A stretch of 64,000 nt of DNA. Source: Eledone cirrhosa. Taxonomy: Eukaryota. The translations under genes were made by a program, and so were the position numbers. The DNA lies in NCBI GenBank assembly GCA_964016885.1, contig OZ024746.1, forward strand, positions 75,888,001 through 75,952,000, in the 5' to 3' direction. How positions within the stretch are numbered: position 1 is the stretch's first letter; each line of letters opens with the position of its first letter. A model generated the notes under the pieces. That model ran no database searches, was not told the DNA's origin, and worked only from the letters and a program-made list of their open reading frames with translations. Below are positions 1 through 11,387 of the stretch, piece after piece.

Positions 1-309
1 TTCTAATGAAAAGCACTGTTGCTAATTTTTAGATGATTTTGTAAGTAATCAAGAGTTTATCTTTATCTAAAAAAAACCCAAAAAACTTCCATTATTATGT
101 TGTGTAAGAACCTTTGTTGTGTTATGTTCCAAAACACAAAACACCAACTCATTTTTGAGAAAGTTAAATTTTTGATTATTTTCAAAATTATTTGAAAATC
201 ATAAACTGTGTCTTCCATTAGAAATATGATAATGGAAATGTTAAAAACAAATGGGTTTTTATCATAGAACCAGGGTCAGTTTCAGGCAGGTTGGTATTAA
301 ACAGGTTAA
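1..309. mobile_element. TTAA-type MITE family A, two nested partial copies in opposite orientation
   Basis: Matches family A copies at 18162-18423 and 38987-39290; inner reversed copy ends ...aatgttaa (~244), outer ends ...ggtattaaacaggttaa (309). Confidence 0.65.
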
Positions 310-2611
310 CTAATCAAAGTTACTAGTCAAAGGATGGTTAAAATGGAAAAAAGCCCCTTATATATATGTGAAAAGGTGTAGAAGTGGGTTGTTTGGATTT
401 TTTTTCAAAATATCTGCAGGAATGTTTCTTTTGTAATATGTCATTACATGACTGTCATGACTCAGATGTTAAATCTATGGCCTGAGGTCAACAGCAGCTA
501 CTTGAGAGCTTCAGTTGATGTGACATATGTGATGTGTGTGTGTTGTTGTTGTTGTTCTTCTTCTTCTTTTTCTTTTTCTTTTTCTTTTTCTTTTTCTTCT
601 ATGTTGTTGTTATTGCTGTTACAAATATTATCAGTAAAACTGAATAGAGATCCAATCTCATTGGAATCAACTTAAGTAGCATCCGGACATGTCAATAATA
701 ATAGTAATAATAATGTCAAGTTGTTAATATATATATTATGATGATGATATTATTAAAATCTTGGAATCTATTTTACATTACTAGCTATAATATTTTTTTC
801 TTGAATTCAATTTAATTTAAACTTGATAAAAAGCACTACAGAAAAAAAAAACATTCCTCACCATCAAAATTATAATCATGATAAGTTTAATTTGTACTAA
901 TAGTTAATAGGACAGTTTCCTGTTGAATTTCTGTAACATACTTGATCTCTTCCTTTATTAACCCTCTCCATTTAAATAGTTCAAGGTTAGCCTTTAAAAA
1001 ATGAAAATAAAAGATATATATATATATATATATTAGGGTAAATATAAAAGTATGTACTCTTTGTTTATATACAATAAACATGAAAACCTCACTATCAAAG
1101 AAAAAATATTTTTTCATTATGAAAAAATAATTTTTTATTTTTTGCTCTGTGAATATCTCAGGAGCTGTTGAGAATGTCAGACAGCTGTTTCAAGATTTGT
1201 TAATCTCAACCAGTACAGAGATAAAAATAGACTACAGCCTATATAGATTTTAAGGAATGAACATTTGCTGGCCATGCTCATTTGCATAGAGCAAATAGAA
1301 AACACTGGCTGGAAATGCTGATTTGCATATAGTGCAAACTTGGCTGGTTATAAATAATTAATGTATCTAGAAAGAACTGTCTGGCATTTTCAACAGCTAC
1401 TGAAATATGTGTGACTTGATCAAAGAACAAAAGATAGAAAAATAATTTTTTCATAACAAAAAAATATTTTTTTCTCTGATTGTGAAGCTCTCATGTTTAT
1501 TATATATAATGTTTTCATATGCACCCCTATTATGCTTAACACTATCTTAGTGCTACTGCCAATATATATATATATATATACACGGTACATGTATACATGC
1601 ATACACACATATATCTGTGTCTATCCATCCTACTCCCCCATGCTATCCCTTTATCTGGTAAAGAGGATTCTTCAGTTGAGCCAATGACTGACAACCTCTC
1701 TAGTGTTGACAACACAATAAAATGCAGCTTGTACATTCTCTAGGGGTGTTGATGATAGGAAGGACATCCAGCTGGTGTTGATGATAAGGACATGGAAAAC
1801 TTGTCAAACAAATGGTATCAAGGACTCTTCAGTTGTATCAAGGACATGACAGTCTCTCTACTGTGGTAGTGTTGGGGCCATGAAGAATGCATGATGCACT
1901 CTAGTGCAGGAATGTAAGTAAGCAAAATGAAGTCCTGGTCAATCTGAGAGAACAGTGGGGCTTATTAAGTACTGATTAATCTTAAAAATATGCTTTTTTA
2001 GAATCACACTCATATATATATATATATATCATCATTGTCATTTAACGTCCCCTTTCCATGCTAGCAAGGATATATATATATGTGCCGTTTTCAGTTTGTC
2101 TGGCTTCTATAACGTATGTTAATTGCTCTGGTCTTCTTTTAGTCCATTGAGCGCTTGCCGCATATCTCGAAAATTGCATTTTGCTTTGTTTTTGACCACA
2201 GTCAAAATACGATCTCGCTGAAATTATATTTCAATATATATATATATATATATATATATCATCATGCAAACATGTAAAAAAAGATGTAAAAAGAAGGATT
2301 ATATATATATGTGTGTGTATAATGAGGAATTCCACTTGATATAGGAAACAGGATGCTTGTGAAGTCATTTTTAGTCTCTACTACTGCGACAGGTATTCAA
2401 CATTGAACATAACTTGTGAGACATCCTGTGTGGTGTATCATTTACTAAATAACTGAAAAGAATTCTTAAGTGACTTTGAGAAAATTGTCTACATCATCAT
2501 AACAAGATGGTGCTTTGAGCATGATGAGAACATGAAATGACTCTGAGAACATTTTGTATTGAATCCTACTAAAGACACATACTTAGTGGGATGTTAATTA
2601 GGTGAGTCAGG

Positions 2612-3185
2612 GAAGTTGAAATAAGGTAACAAAATTAATGTTACCTTGTTGAATGGAGAAGGTGGATCAGACTCTGGAACAGTATCTAGCATGAGATGGT
2701 CATGGAAGAAGTTCCTACTGAGTGGTATGCTAATGAGAAGGGGAATCATTGAACCTGAAAGGAAAGGTGTATTCTGCAGGTGGGAAAAATGCCACGAAGG
2801 AGCATGACATGGGTGATGAACATGGAGCTGCAGAGAAATCTGGAAAGAACAGAAATGAGAATGGTCCAGTGGATGAGAGAGAGGACGACAAACAATGAAT
2901 TGAAGAGGATTGTAGGAATATAGCCAATGATGAACGTTGTGGAGAGAAATGGATTGAGATGGTTGGGTCATGTGTTGAGGAAGGATGAAAGTGACAGGGT
3001 CAGAAGAGGAGTGGAAGGAAGTAGAGGAAGAGAATGACCAAGAAAGTCATGTCTAGAGAGGAGGGAGAAAAATGAGGGAGGGATGTTGATGATAGGGAAA
3101 AAATGTGAAACTTGTCATGGGGTCCACAAAGCTAACCACTTTTCTAACAGGAAAAAATGGCCTTAAAACAATTGTTGTTGTTGTA
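2612..3185 (+). mobile_element. Decayed RTE-clade LINE 3' fragment with (TTG)n tail
   Basis: Frameshifted C-terminal motifs LERTEMRMVQWM, LRWLGHVLRKDE, VEGSRGR..PRKS; 3' UTR shared with 7330-7410 and 49200-49495(-). Confidence 0.75.
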
Positions 3186-3572
3186 ACTATTTTATGTCAC
3201 TTTGAAGCCAGTCACAGTCATAGTATTGAGAAAGTTAGATATGTGTAGTTGCTTTCTACTATGCTTTTCCTTGTAAGTAATGTTAGTTGCACTATTTCTC
3301 AGCATATCATCTTACTATTTTTCATTATATTTAACAATTGCTGTTGATATGAACAACCATATTTTGAACTCGTTCTGATTTCCATTGGATTGTATCAGTG
3401 TTCTTGATGCATTTCTGTAAACAACCCCAATCTGGGCCAAATTATGTTAGTATTGTGCTTCACAGCAGGATTTTTTGAAGGTTACTATCTCATTCATTCT
3501 AAATGGCAGCAAGCACCTCTGTAGTTTTACATCTGTTTGCTATGTATAAATGACAAATCCATTGAAATATGT

Positions 3573-3627
<55 letters not shown>

Positions 3628-3635
<8 letters not shown>

Positions 3636-4012
3636 TCATTTTTTAATTTGTTCTGCGAGATTTCTTATCTGAAAACGTGTGTTGAAACAGATGTTGTTAT
3701 ACTTTGGGAGGGTCATGCTGCCAATAAAAACACACGCACCAGTTGGTTTTCACTTCAATTTATTATAAGAATCGGGTTGGTTGGTTGGTTCCATAACCGG
3801 AATGTTTATATATCGTCAAAGCTCTTTTCTCAAAATAAAAACCTTGTCACTGAGGAACTCACAGAATGTGTGACGAAAGAGCTTTGACAATATATAAGCA
3901 ACCTTCTGGTTATCGAACCAACCATCCAACTGGATTCTTATAATAAATTGAAGTGAAAACCAACAGGTGCATGTGTTTTTATTGGCAGCATGACCCTCCC
4001 AAAGTATAACAA
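3628..4012. mobile_element. (TA)n-embedded Penelope-like non-autonomous element with ~135-bp inverted repeat
   Basis: Arms 3694-3827 and 3876-4012 are reverse complements; flanked by (TA)n; hammerhead motif at the junction; partial paralog at 9612-9740. Confidence 0.65.
3844..3890 (+). ncRNA. Minimal type-I hammerhead ribozyme-like motif
   Basis: Stem I ttgtca/tgacaa (6 bp), core CTGAGGA (3850-3856), stem II tcaca/tgtga, GAAA (3875-3878), tiny stem III A-gagc-T, then T. Confidence 0.7.
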
Positions 4013-4023
4013 TATATATATAT

Positions 4024-4478
4024 GAAGGCACATGGCTTAGTGGTTAGAGCATTGGGCTTGCAATCGAAAGGTTGTGAGTTCAATACTCGGACTAGGTGAT
4101 GTGTTGTTCCCTTGAGCAAGACACTTTATTTCACATTGCTCCAGTTTACTCAGCTGTAGAAATGAGATGATAGGACTGGGGTCCCTATCATTCCACTGCA
4201 AAGTGGTCGTGGAGGTGCCATGGCAAAAAAAAAAAAACACCCAGCCCGCACTGTAAAAGTGGATGTGTAGGTGCCACGGAAAAAAAAAAAAAAAGCACCC
4301 AGCACTCACTGTAAATGAGGTTGGTGTTAGGAAGGGCATCCAGCTGTAGAAATCAAGCCAGAATCAGTTGCCGTCTGAGCAAGACAAGGTCAGCCGACCG
4401 GACACTGCCCACAACAGGACAACCCGTCTAACCCATGCTAGCGTGGAAGAACGGACGTAAAACAGGGATGATGATGAT
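4024..4478 (+). mobile_element. Full-length tRNA-derived CORE-type SINE with RTE-like 3' tail (family S1)
   Basis: A box TGGCTTAGTGG, B box GAGTTCAATAC, CORE-like ccttgagcaagacacttt...cagctgtagaaatgag, tail aacccatgctagcgtggaag...(GAT)n. Confidence 0.85.
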
Positions 4479-4496
4479 TATATATATATATATATA

Positions 4497-4617
4497 TTAT
4501 AAGGAGTCAAGACCTGATGGCTGAGCTCTTGCCATTTCAACAGCTAGTTCCAGACTGAGTCTGGAACCAAGTGTTCAAATGCCAAGAGCTCAGCCGTCGG
4601 GTCCCAACTCTTTGTAA
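4497..4617. repeat. 121-bp near-perfect palindrome (60-bp arms, 1-nt centre at 4557)
   Basis: Left arm ...ctgagctcttgccatttcaacagctagttccagact mirrors right arm agtctggaaccaagtgttcaaatgccaagagctcag... Confidence 0.85.
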
Positions 4618-4718
4618 CATAACCATTTTCTACTACCCCATGTATCGAAAACTCTGTTGAGTAATGGTCTAACCAGTTTCAAAATGATTCCATCCTGATT
4701 TATATATATATATATACA

Positions 4719-5568
4719 CAGGGTGCGGACGATATTTGTTCGCAAGATTACTGTCTAGGAAAAAATAACACAGTAGTTTTATTTTTTAAGATTTATTTAT
4801 CAAACTTGGGTCAATTTGTCTTCATGACTTGTTCTTTCGACCTCACTCGATAAACCCACCATTGACTTTGATGACGGCCTCAGAACCGGCTACAGGCCTT
4901 CGACACTGTCCCCCGACTTAGGCTCCTAAAGGCACTTGTGATCCTGGCCTTCAGATCGTCTTTCGTATTGCAGCTAGATCTGTTGGTGTCTCGTTCCACT
5001 GTGTCCCACACAGAAGTCGAGGGGGTTGCAGTCAGGCGAGCTGGGAGGCCAGATGTCAGGTGAAGTGTGGTCGACGAAGTTCTCTGACAGCCAGTCTTGG
5101 GTCTTTCGGTTGGTACGGCCTACCTGCAGCTACCTGGTCGATCCAGGGCTTTACTACCTCGCTCAGAACGCGGATGTAGCCATCGGTGTTCAGCTTGAGG
5201 CCCTCGGGGAAGAAGTGAGGTGGCATGACGTCACCTTGACTGCTGACGACACCTAAGACCAATGTTGTCGCTGGAAACTTTGTCTGCATGACTCTGGGCA
5301 CGTCTTTGGATGAGACAGCGAGCCACCTGTTGTTCTGGGAGTTGATCTTCTGGTCTTATTTGTCCTCCTGGCGCGGATTCCAAGAACTCCGTGTCTCTTC
5401 CACAAATTTGGAGTTGGAGGTTCAAAATTATTCATAATCAATTAATCTGAAAATAAATAATGGAAATATAGTCACTATTTTTATGAAGACAAGAGTGACA
5501 ACGGAAGTTAAAAAAATTTGCATAAAATTAGCAGTTGAAAATTGTGAACAAATATCGTCCGCGCCCTG
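4719..5568 (-). mobile_element. Internally deleted Tc1/mariner-superfamily element (maT/DD37D-like)
   Basis: 27-bp TIRs cagggYgcggacgatatttgttcRcaa (25/27 identical), TA at right flank; transposase remnants on minus strand. Confidence 0.85.
4845..5330 (-). pseudogene. maT/DD37D-type transposase remnant
   Basis: TKFPATTLVLGVVSSQGDVMPPHFFPEGLKLNTDGYIRVLSEVVKPWI, then frameshifted DIWPPSSPDCNPLDFCVW motif; second catalytic Asp region deleted. Confidence 0.8.
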
Positions 5569-6621
5569 TATATATGCACACACACATTTACATGTATATC
5601 ATCATTACTCTTACATCCACTTTTCCATGCTGGCATGGATTTGGATGGGATGGTTTAGGACAGTGTTTTACAGCTGAATGCCCTGAATGCAATGATACAG
5701 TCTACCTATTCTAAAAACCATGATAACACATGGTATATATATATATGTGTGTGTGTCTGTTCTCGTAGACTTTTTCTTCTTTTACACTGCTTTGATAAAG
5801 AGTTTAAATTAAGATGTCATCCTTTCTTTTTCTTTTCATTCAGCATAATTATTTTGTTTGTACATATTTTTTTATGTTTTATGTGCATATATTTTATCCA
5901 CCATGTGTCTTCTGTCTTCACCTTTTGTTAACCCTAATTAAACTCGTACTTTGTTCAAATGTCTAACTTCTCTTTCACCACTTTTCCATGTCCTACTTGT
6001 GTTATTTTTTTTACCTACTCTCTATATATTGTTGTTATTGTTACTCTTACTGTTTTCTATATTTCAATTTTGACCATATATTTGTAAACTAGAACAATCT
6101 GGATCAAATATTCTTTACTTGGTTTCAGTCATTAGATTCTAGTAATTATTTTTATGACTGGGACATATTTTATCAATATTTGTTTGCCACAGTGCTAATC
6201 TATGGGATAGTAAGTGTAAACACAAACACTGACAAACACACGCGCATATACATCATGATTATCATCATTTAACGTCCACTTTCCTTGCTAGCAAGATTTG
6301 GATGGGTTTTTACAGGTCGAGTCTGTGCAGAGGCAGGGCTACTGACCTCCTGGACAAGCTATGGGTTCACATCTTGCTTACATACAGTTCTACTTCTACC
6401 AAGTGCATTTTATCATGGCACCAGTGTGTACTGGGTGCATTTCTCGTGTAGATCAGAACAGAGCATATATTTGAAGAGTTCAAGGTAGATTTAAGGTAGA
6501 TATAACTACCGTATTTGAATTAGAAGCCTTTGCTGTAAAACGAATTAAGTGTGAAGTGTAAACACTTTCAACTATTCTTCCATACCCAGAAAAAAGAAAA
6601 GAAAAGTTATTTCAGATGTTC

Positions 6622-6751
6622 AGTGGGCTTCTGCCCAGTTTCTGTCTTCTTAATTTCACTTACAAATCTTTAGTCAACCAGCAGCTGTAGCAGAAGACAC
6701 TTGCCCAAATGCATGGTTGCGAAGTGTATGCCTTAACTACATAGCCATGCT
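6622..6751 (-). mobile_element. tRNA-derived SINE family S3 fragment
   Basis: Reverse complement of S3 head seen at 13145, 24190 and 41370; S3 tail fragment also at 6110-6235(-). Confidence 0.6.
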
Positions 6752-7028
6752 TGTTTAATTTGTATTTGTATGGCAAGATCTTTGAAATTTTTCTTGTTTA
6801 TCTAACCTTTTAAGTAATAGCATGTTAAATCATTCACTTTAGTTATTGTTGTGTAGCCCCAGGTTAATTCTGATTGAGCAGTCCTATGGCACATAAGTAG
6901 TTGGTCAAACAATTATTCATGATCCACATATTTTCTTTCCCACTTATGCCATGACTCCACAAGTTAGATCACTATATCTTATACATGATTCAAATGTTAT
7001 TCCTTTACCAGCATGGTATTTAAATAAT

Positions 7029-7283
7029 TTAACCCTTTTTATACTAAACTGCCTGAAGCCGTCCACAGTTCTATGATGCAAAACTGTTTATTTTAAAGTG
7101 CTCATATCTATCTAAAAATCTTCCATCATAATTTTATGTAAGAATCATTGTTATGTTATGCTCCATATACTAGTTTAATTATGAGAAATGTGTATTACTA
7201 TTAATCCTTCAAAATTCTTGATTATTCTGAAAATTATTTGAAATCATAGGTTGTGTCTTTCATTAAAAGACTAAAAGGGTTGA
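7029..7283. mobile_element. piggyBac-like MITE family A
   Basis: ttaacccttt...aaaagggttga termini; internal sequence shared with other family A copies. Confidence 0.75.
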
Positions 7284-8575
7284 CACCAGGAAGGATAACC
7301 AGCTGTTACACATTGCCTCAACATATACCTCATGATTGGTATGGAACCTGTCATGGGGCCTGCAAGGCTAATCCCTGCTTTAGTGGAAAAAATAACCTAT
7401 AAAGTTCTTGTAGATGTCTTTCACTAAGAATGTGGTAATTAAAGTGTTAATACTTCATATATAAATCAATAAAATAAAATATTTCTGAACTCCTCTCTCT
7501 GCAGTCCATTTGGGAGCACACAAACATTATGCCCATCCCTTAAGGGTTAGTTATGAAAGACCTGAACACATCTACCCACCACACACACACACACACATAT
7601 ATATACACTCACACACGCCACTATGTTTGTGTCTGTAATTGAGTTAAGCCGACCTCTTACTGCTTAACATTGTTTGGGAGTGTAAGATGGCATTCCTCTT
7701 ATTAATCCTTAGCAAAGAGATGATGACATATTGCAACTGGTAGCATCTGATGTCTAGGTAAGAGCTTGTATTTTATACTGCCAGCCCACTAGCTTGACCT
7801 GACACTTAATCTCTTGTAATGACTAAGTCTTCTCCTTTGAAATTTCTCTATAGACATATCTTCCCTGCTAATTAATTACTCATTATATATATAACCTGTT
7901 ACTTGTTGTTGAATCACAAGATGCCAACTAAAGTGTCTTATCCAGCAATTTTGCAAATTATTATTATGGTTTTCTTATTTTCTTGTTTCAGTTTCACTTG
8001 GTTCTTTTCTTTTTACATATTTTTTTAAATATATAGTCTATATTTTCTGTATTAGTAATAATAAAAGAAAATTATTAATACTTATAGATGAACTAGATAT
8101 TTGATATTAAGTTATATTTGATATTTGATATTAAGTTATAATATTTAAAAAATTAGAAACCATGCCAAAAAGGGTTGAGAGGACCCTTCAGTCATGATAT
8201 GACAACCTCTCTAGGGTTGATAATATGATAAAACATGCCCTCTGTAAAATAGTTGATGATTGGAAAGACACCCATTTGTAGAAAACTTGCCAAACAAAGG
8301 ATCGAGAAGACTCTTCAATTTTGTCAAAGACATGACAACCTTCTTAGTGCTGGTGCCATAATAAAATGTACCTGGTGTACTTTGTGGAGTGTGGTAATAT
8401 ATGTGAGATTTAGTCTATCACTGAAGTGGTAGATTTTATTTTTCAACCATGGAAGAGTGAAAGTTCATCCCAACTGGATTTGAACTCAGAGTACAAGGTG
8501 CTAGAATTGCAAAGTGTATAATCAGTACAAATATCATAATTGAAATTTAAAAGATGATGGATTCATGTGTTTTGT

Positions 8576-8890
8576 GAAAGCATGTGGCTTAGCGGTTAGG
8601 GTGTTTGGCTCATGATTCTAATGTCATGAGTTTTATTCCCAGTGGCGAGTTGTGTCCTTCAGCAAGACACTTTATTTCATGTAATTCTAGTCAACACAGC
8701 TTTAAAAAAAATGATTTATACATGTACTTCAAAGGGCCAGCTTTGTCTCACACTATGTTATGCTGAATCTCCTGATAATACTTTAAGGATACACATGTTT
8801 CTGGATTACTTGTACGTTAACTTCATGAGCTGGCTATTCCATTGATCAAATAAACAACTGGGCCACTCGTTGTAACTGACAGAGTTCCAA
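8576..8890 (+). mobile_element. tRNA/CORE-headed SINE with alternative tail 1 (aaagggccagc...tgaatctc)
   Basis: A box TGGCTTAGCGG, CORE-like cttcagcaagacactttatttca; tail shared with 35246-35525, 12490-13012(-), 41870-42146(-). Confidence 0.75.
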
Positions 8891-8907
8891 CATCACACAT
8901 AATTGGT

Positions 8908-9133
8908 GAAGGCATGTGACCTAGTGGTTAAAGTTTGGATTTGCAATCATAAGATTCAAGGTTTGATGTGTGAACTGGGCAGTGTGTTGTTTTCTTGAGT
9001 TAGACTCTTCATTTCTCATGGATTTTCATGACAGGACAGAGGCCCTTATCATTAAAACACCTGAGAAACATCCTATGAGATACAACCTTGTAAGAGGCCA
9101 GCTAAAGCTAAATATATATGAGCTGTAAATTTC
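8908..9133 (+). mobile_element. tRNA/CORE-headed SINE with alternative tail 2 (...gagctgtaaattt)
   Basis: Same head type; tail shared with 30259-30470, 42345-42560(-), 55636-55864(-), 46050-46230. Confidence 0.7.
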
Positions 9134-9184
9134 ATTCTTTTTTTTCATACTACAACAAAGTAAGAAACTCTCAGGAGAGCTGGA

Positions 9185-9396
9185 CAGCAGAAGGTTTTCA
9201 GAGAAGAATCCCTCCTACAGTGAGTATTTCGGCCCTTAACCTCGTACACTCTAAGGGGGGCTGGGCAGCATCCAGGTCATGATTCCTGGGTGCCCTTCTG
9301 CTGATATTTAGCCATTCGGATATTGAAGACTTGCTGTGGAGATTTTGTTGACAGGATCTCGCTGGAACTCCTCTCTGTTGCCTCTGCTTTCAAACT
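9185..9396 (-). mobile_element. Possible 3' end of an RLE-type (HERO-like) non-LTR retrotransposon
   Basis: AEATERSS resembles the HERO C-terminal EAAEKAS motif; followed by agagtgtacgaggttaagggccgaaatactc resembling the HERO 3' UTR; from recollection only. Confidence 0.35.
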
Positions 9397-9523
9397 TATA
9401 TTAAAATAAAATATTGATATATATATATGTGTATATATATATGTTGATAGAAATCCATTGATAAAAAAATCAAGGAAAACAGTGCTCAATCTGTTGTAAG
9501 AGAGCTTATTTAGTACTTTGTTT

Positions 9524-9527
<4 letters not shown>

Positions 9528-9610
<83 letters not shown>
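9528..9610. repeat. (TA)n(TG)n microsatellite
   Basis: Direct inspection. Confidence 0.95.
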
Positions 9611-9841
9611 TTATCTATTTGTTTTGCAAGATTCTCGATATGAAATTGTGTGTTGAAACTGATATTGTTATGCTTGGGGATGGTTGTGTTGCCAATATTG
9701 CCAATAAAAAGAAACACACGCACTATATGATTTTCACTTTTTCACATTACTAATTATTCGTTAGTTTGTCATGTTTACATTTTACATACATACATATATA
9801 TATATGTATATGTATATGAATGTAAATATATGTGTGTGTGT

Positions 9842-10130
9842 ATCATCATCATCATCATCATTTCATTTTACGTCCGCTTTTTCCCTGCTTGCAAGGGTGG
9901 GACGGGAACTGATTCTGGCTTGATTTCTACAGCCGGATGCCCTTCCTAACACCAACCTCATTTACAGTGAGTGCTGGGTGCTTTATTGCCGTGGCACCTC
10001 CACGACCACTTTGAAGTGGAATGATATGGACTCCAGTCCCTATCATCTCATTTCTACACCTGAGTAAACTGGAGCAATGTGAAATAAAGTGTCTTGCTCA
10101 AGGAAACAACACATCACCCGGTCTGAGAAT
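9842..10130 (-). mobile_element. 5'-truncated S1 CORE-SINE (young subfamily)
   Basis: (CAT)n tail then catttcattttacgtccgctttttccctgcttgcaagggtgggacggg..., nearly identical to 44664-45014 and 57010-57283. Confidence 0.85.
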
Positions 10131-10182
10131 GTGAATAGTAAACAGAAAATAACTTGATACAGTACAATGAAAATATATATTA

Positions 10183-10401
10183 GTTTAGCTCTTTAGCATT
10201 TAAATCGGCCATTTCTAGCCAGAATTCTCTCACCTCTTTTTGTTCAAACCTGCCATAACCAGCCATTCATACTGATGTTAAGGTATTGTTCTCAAAATAA
10301 ATAATATCAAAATCCTCATAGATTCAATATTATGTGAGGTAAAGTCTTTACTGCGAAAATACAGTAGTATATATAGAGTAATGTAAATGCTAAAGGATTG
10401 A
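10183..10401. mobile_element. piggyBac-like MITE family B (degenerate ends)
   Basis: ctttagcatttaaa...tgtaaatgctaaagga termini; internal sequence matches 12597-12816. Confidence 0.75.
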
Positions 10402-10424
10402 TGCTTGATGTAGTATGTAAAGAG

Positions 10425-10460
10425 TCTTAACGTTTTAAACCCTAGTCCTTCATCAGAAGA
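10425..10460 (-). ncRNA. Degenerate minimal hammerhead-like motif
   Basis: Minus strand tctt-CTGATGA-a-ggac-tagg-gttt-AAAA-cg-tt-aaga; stem I tctt/aaga, palindromic AACGTT; GAAA mutated to AAAA, consistent with CpG decay. Confidence 0.5.
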
Positions 10461-10536
10461 ATCAGAAAAAAAGAAACAGGAAAAAAATGGGTGAGGAGAG
10501 GAAGAAAAACCATGTGTGCATTTAGTCTGCTCAAAC

Positions 10537-10790
10537 ACTACAACATGCATTGATATAATAGTGCTTACATGCTTTGATAGATGTAATCTTTCTCCCATAC
10601 TACAACATGCATTGATATAATAGTGCTTACATGCTTTGATAGATGTAATGTTTCTCCCATACTACAATATGCATTGATATATATAATACTGCTCATGTAT
10701 TATAATATGCTTTGGTGTTGAACAACATGTATTGGATGTAGACAATACTGTTCACATTATACAGCATGCTTTGATGTGTATTATATTGTA
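10537..10790. repeat. 62-bp minisatellite (2 near-identical units plus decaying units)
   Basis: actacaacatgcattgatata... recurs at 10537, 10599 and 10661. Confidence 0.85.
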
Positions 10791-11387
10791 ACCATATAAT
10801 ATCTATAAGCTAAAATGTTCAGCACAAGTCTTTTTGGTTTTCATTGTTCAATCCTTTTGTTATCTAGGCCAGCTAGAATTATTTGTGTATTTACAGTTTG
10901 ATAATTCTAACAACGACAAATGAACAAACAAAACAAGCAATTAATAACTATTTCTCTAGTAAACTAAGCTCAAAATATTTTAATCAGATATCTATAATAA
11001 CATAATCCTTCTCTCTACTAATCCCTATCTCATGTATTGGCAACAGTTCAGCCTTGAGTTCTTCTCAAATGAAACCATAAAGGATTTCTTTAAGACTCCT
11101 TTCTTTCTTTCTTTATTTCTCTCTCTCTTTCTTTCGCGTGACCTTCATAGATAGCTTAAATCCAAGTACGTTTGATATTATATGTCTTTTGGATCTTTGT
11201 CAAGACAGGAGAGAGATAGAAAAGAGAAAGAGAGTGAGAGATTCTAAAAGGCTTCAGAAAAACGTTTGCTGTCTTACAAGCCATATCAACTAACAACAAC
11301 CACAACAACTACTACTACTACATTATTTATGTCGCTTATAATTCTTCTTCAGTGTATTACTGGTATAGCAGCATTTAATTATATGGA

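Noticed and set aside
4024-4095. tRNA gene
   Set aside because: A/B boxes are present but there is no acceptor stem, and it continues into CORE and tail, so it is a SINE head; no intact tRNA seen in the window
7504-7757. Two short AG...GT exon-like segments (~7504-7547 and ~7713-7757)
   Set aside because: Splice-like signals are expected by chance; no recognisable peptide or partner exons
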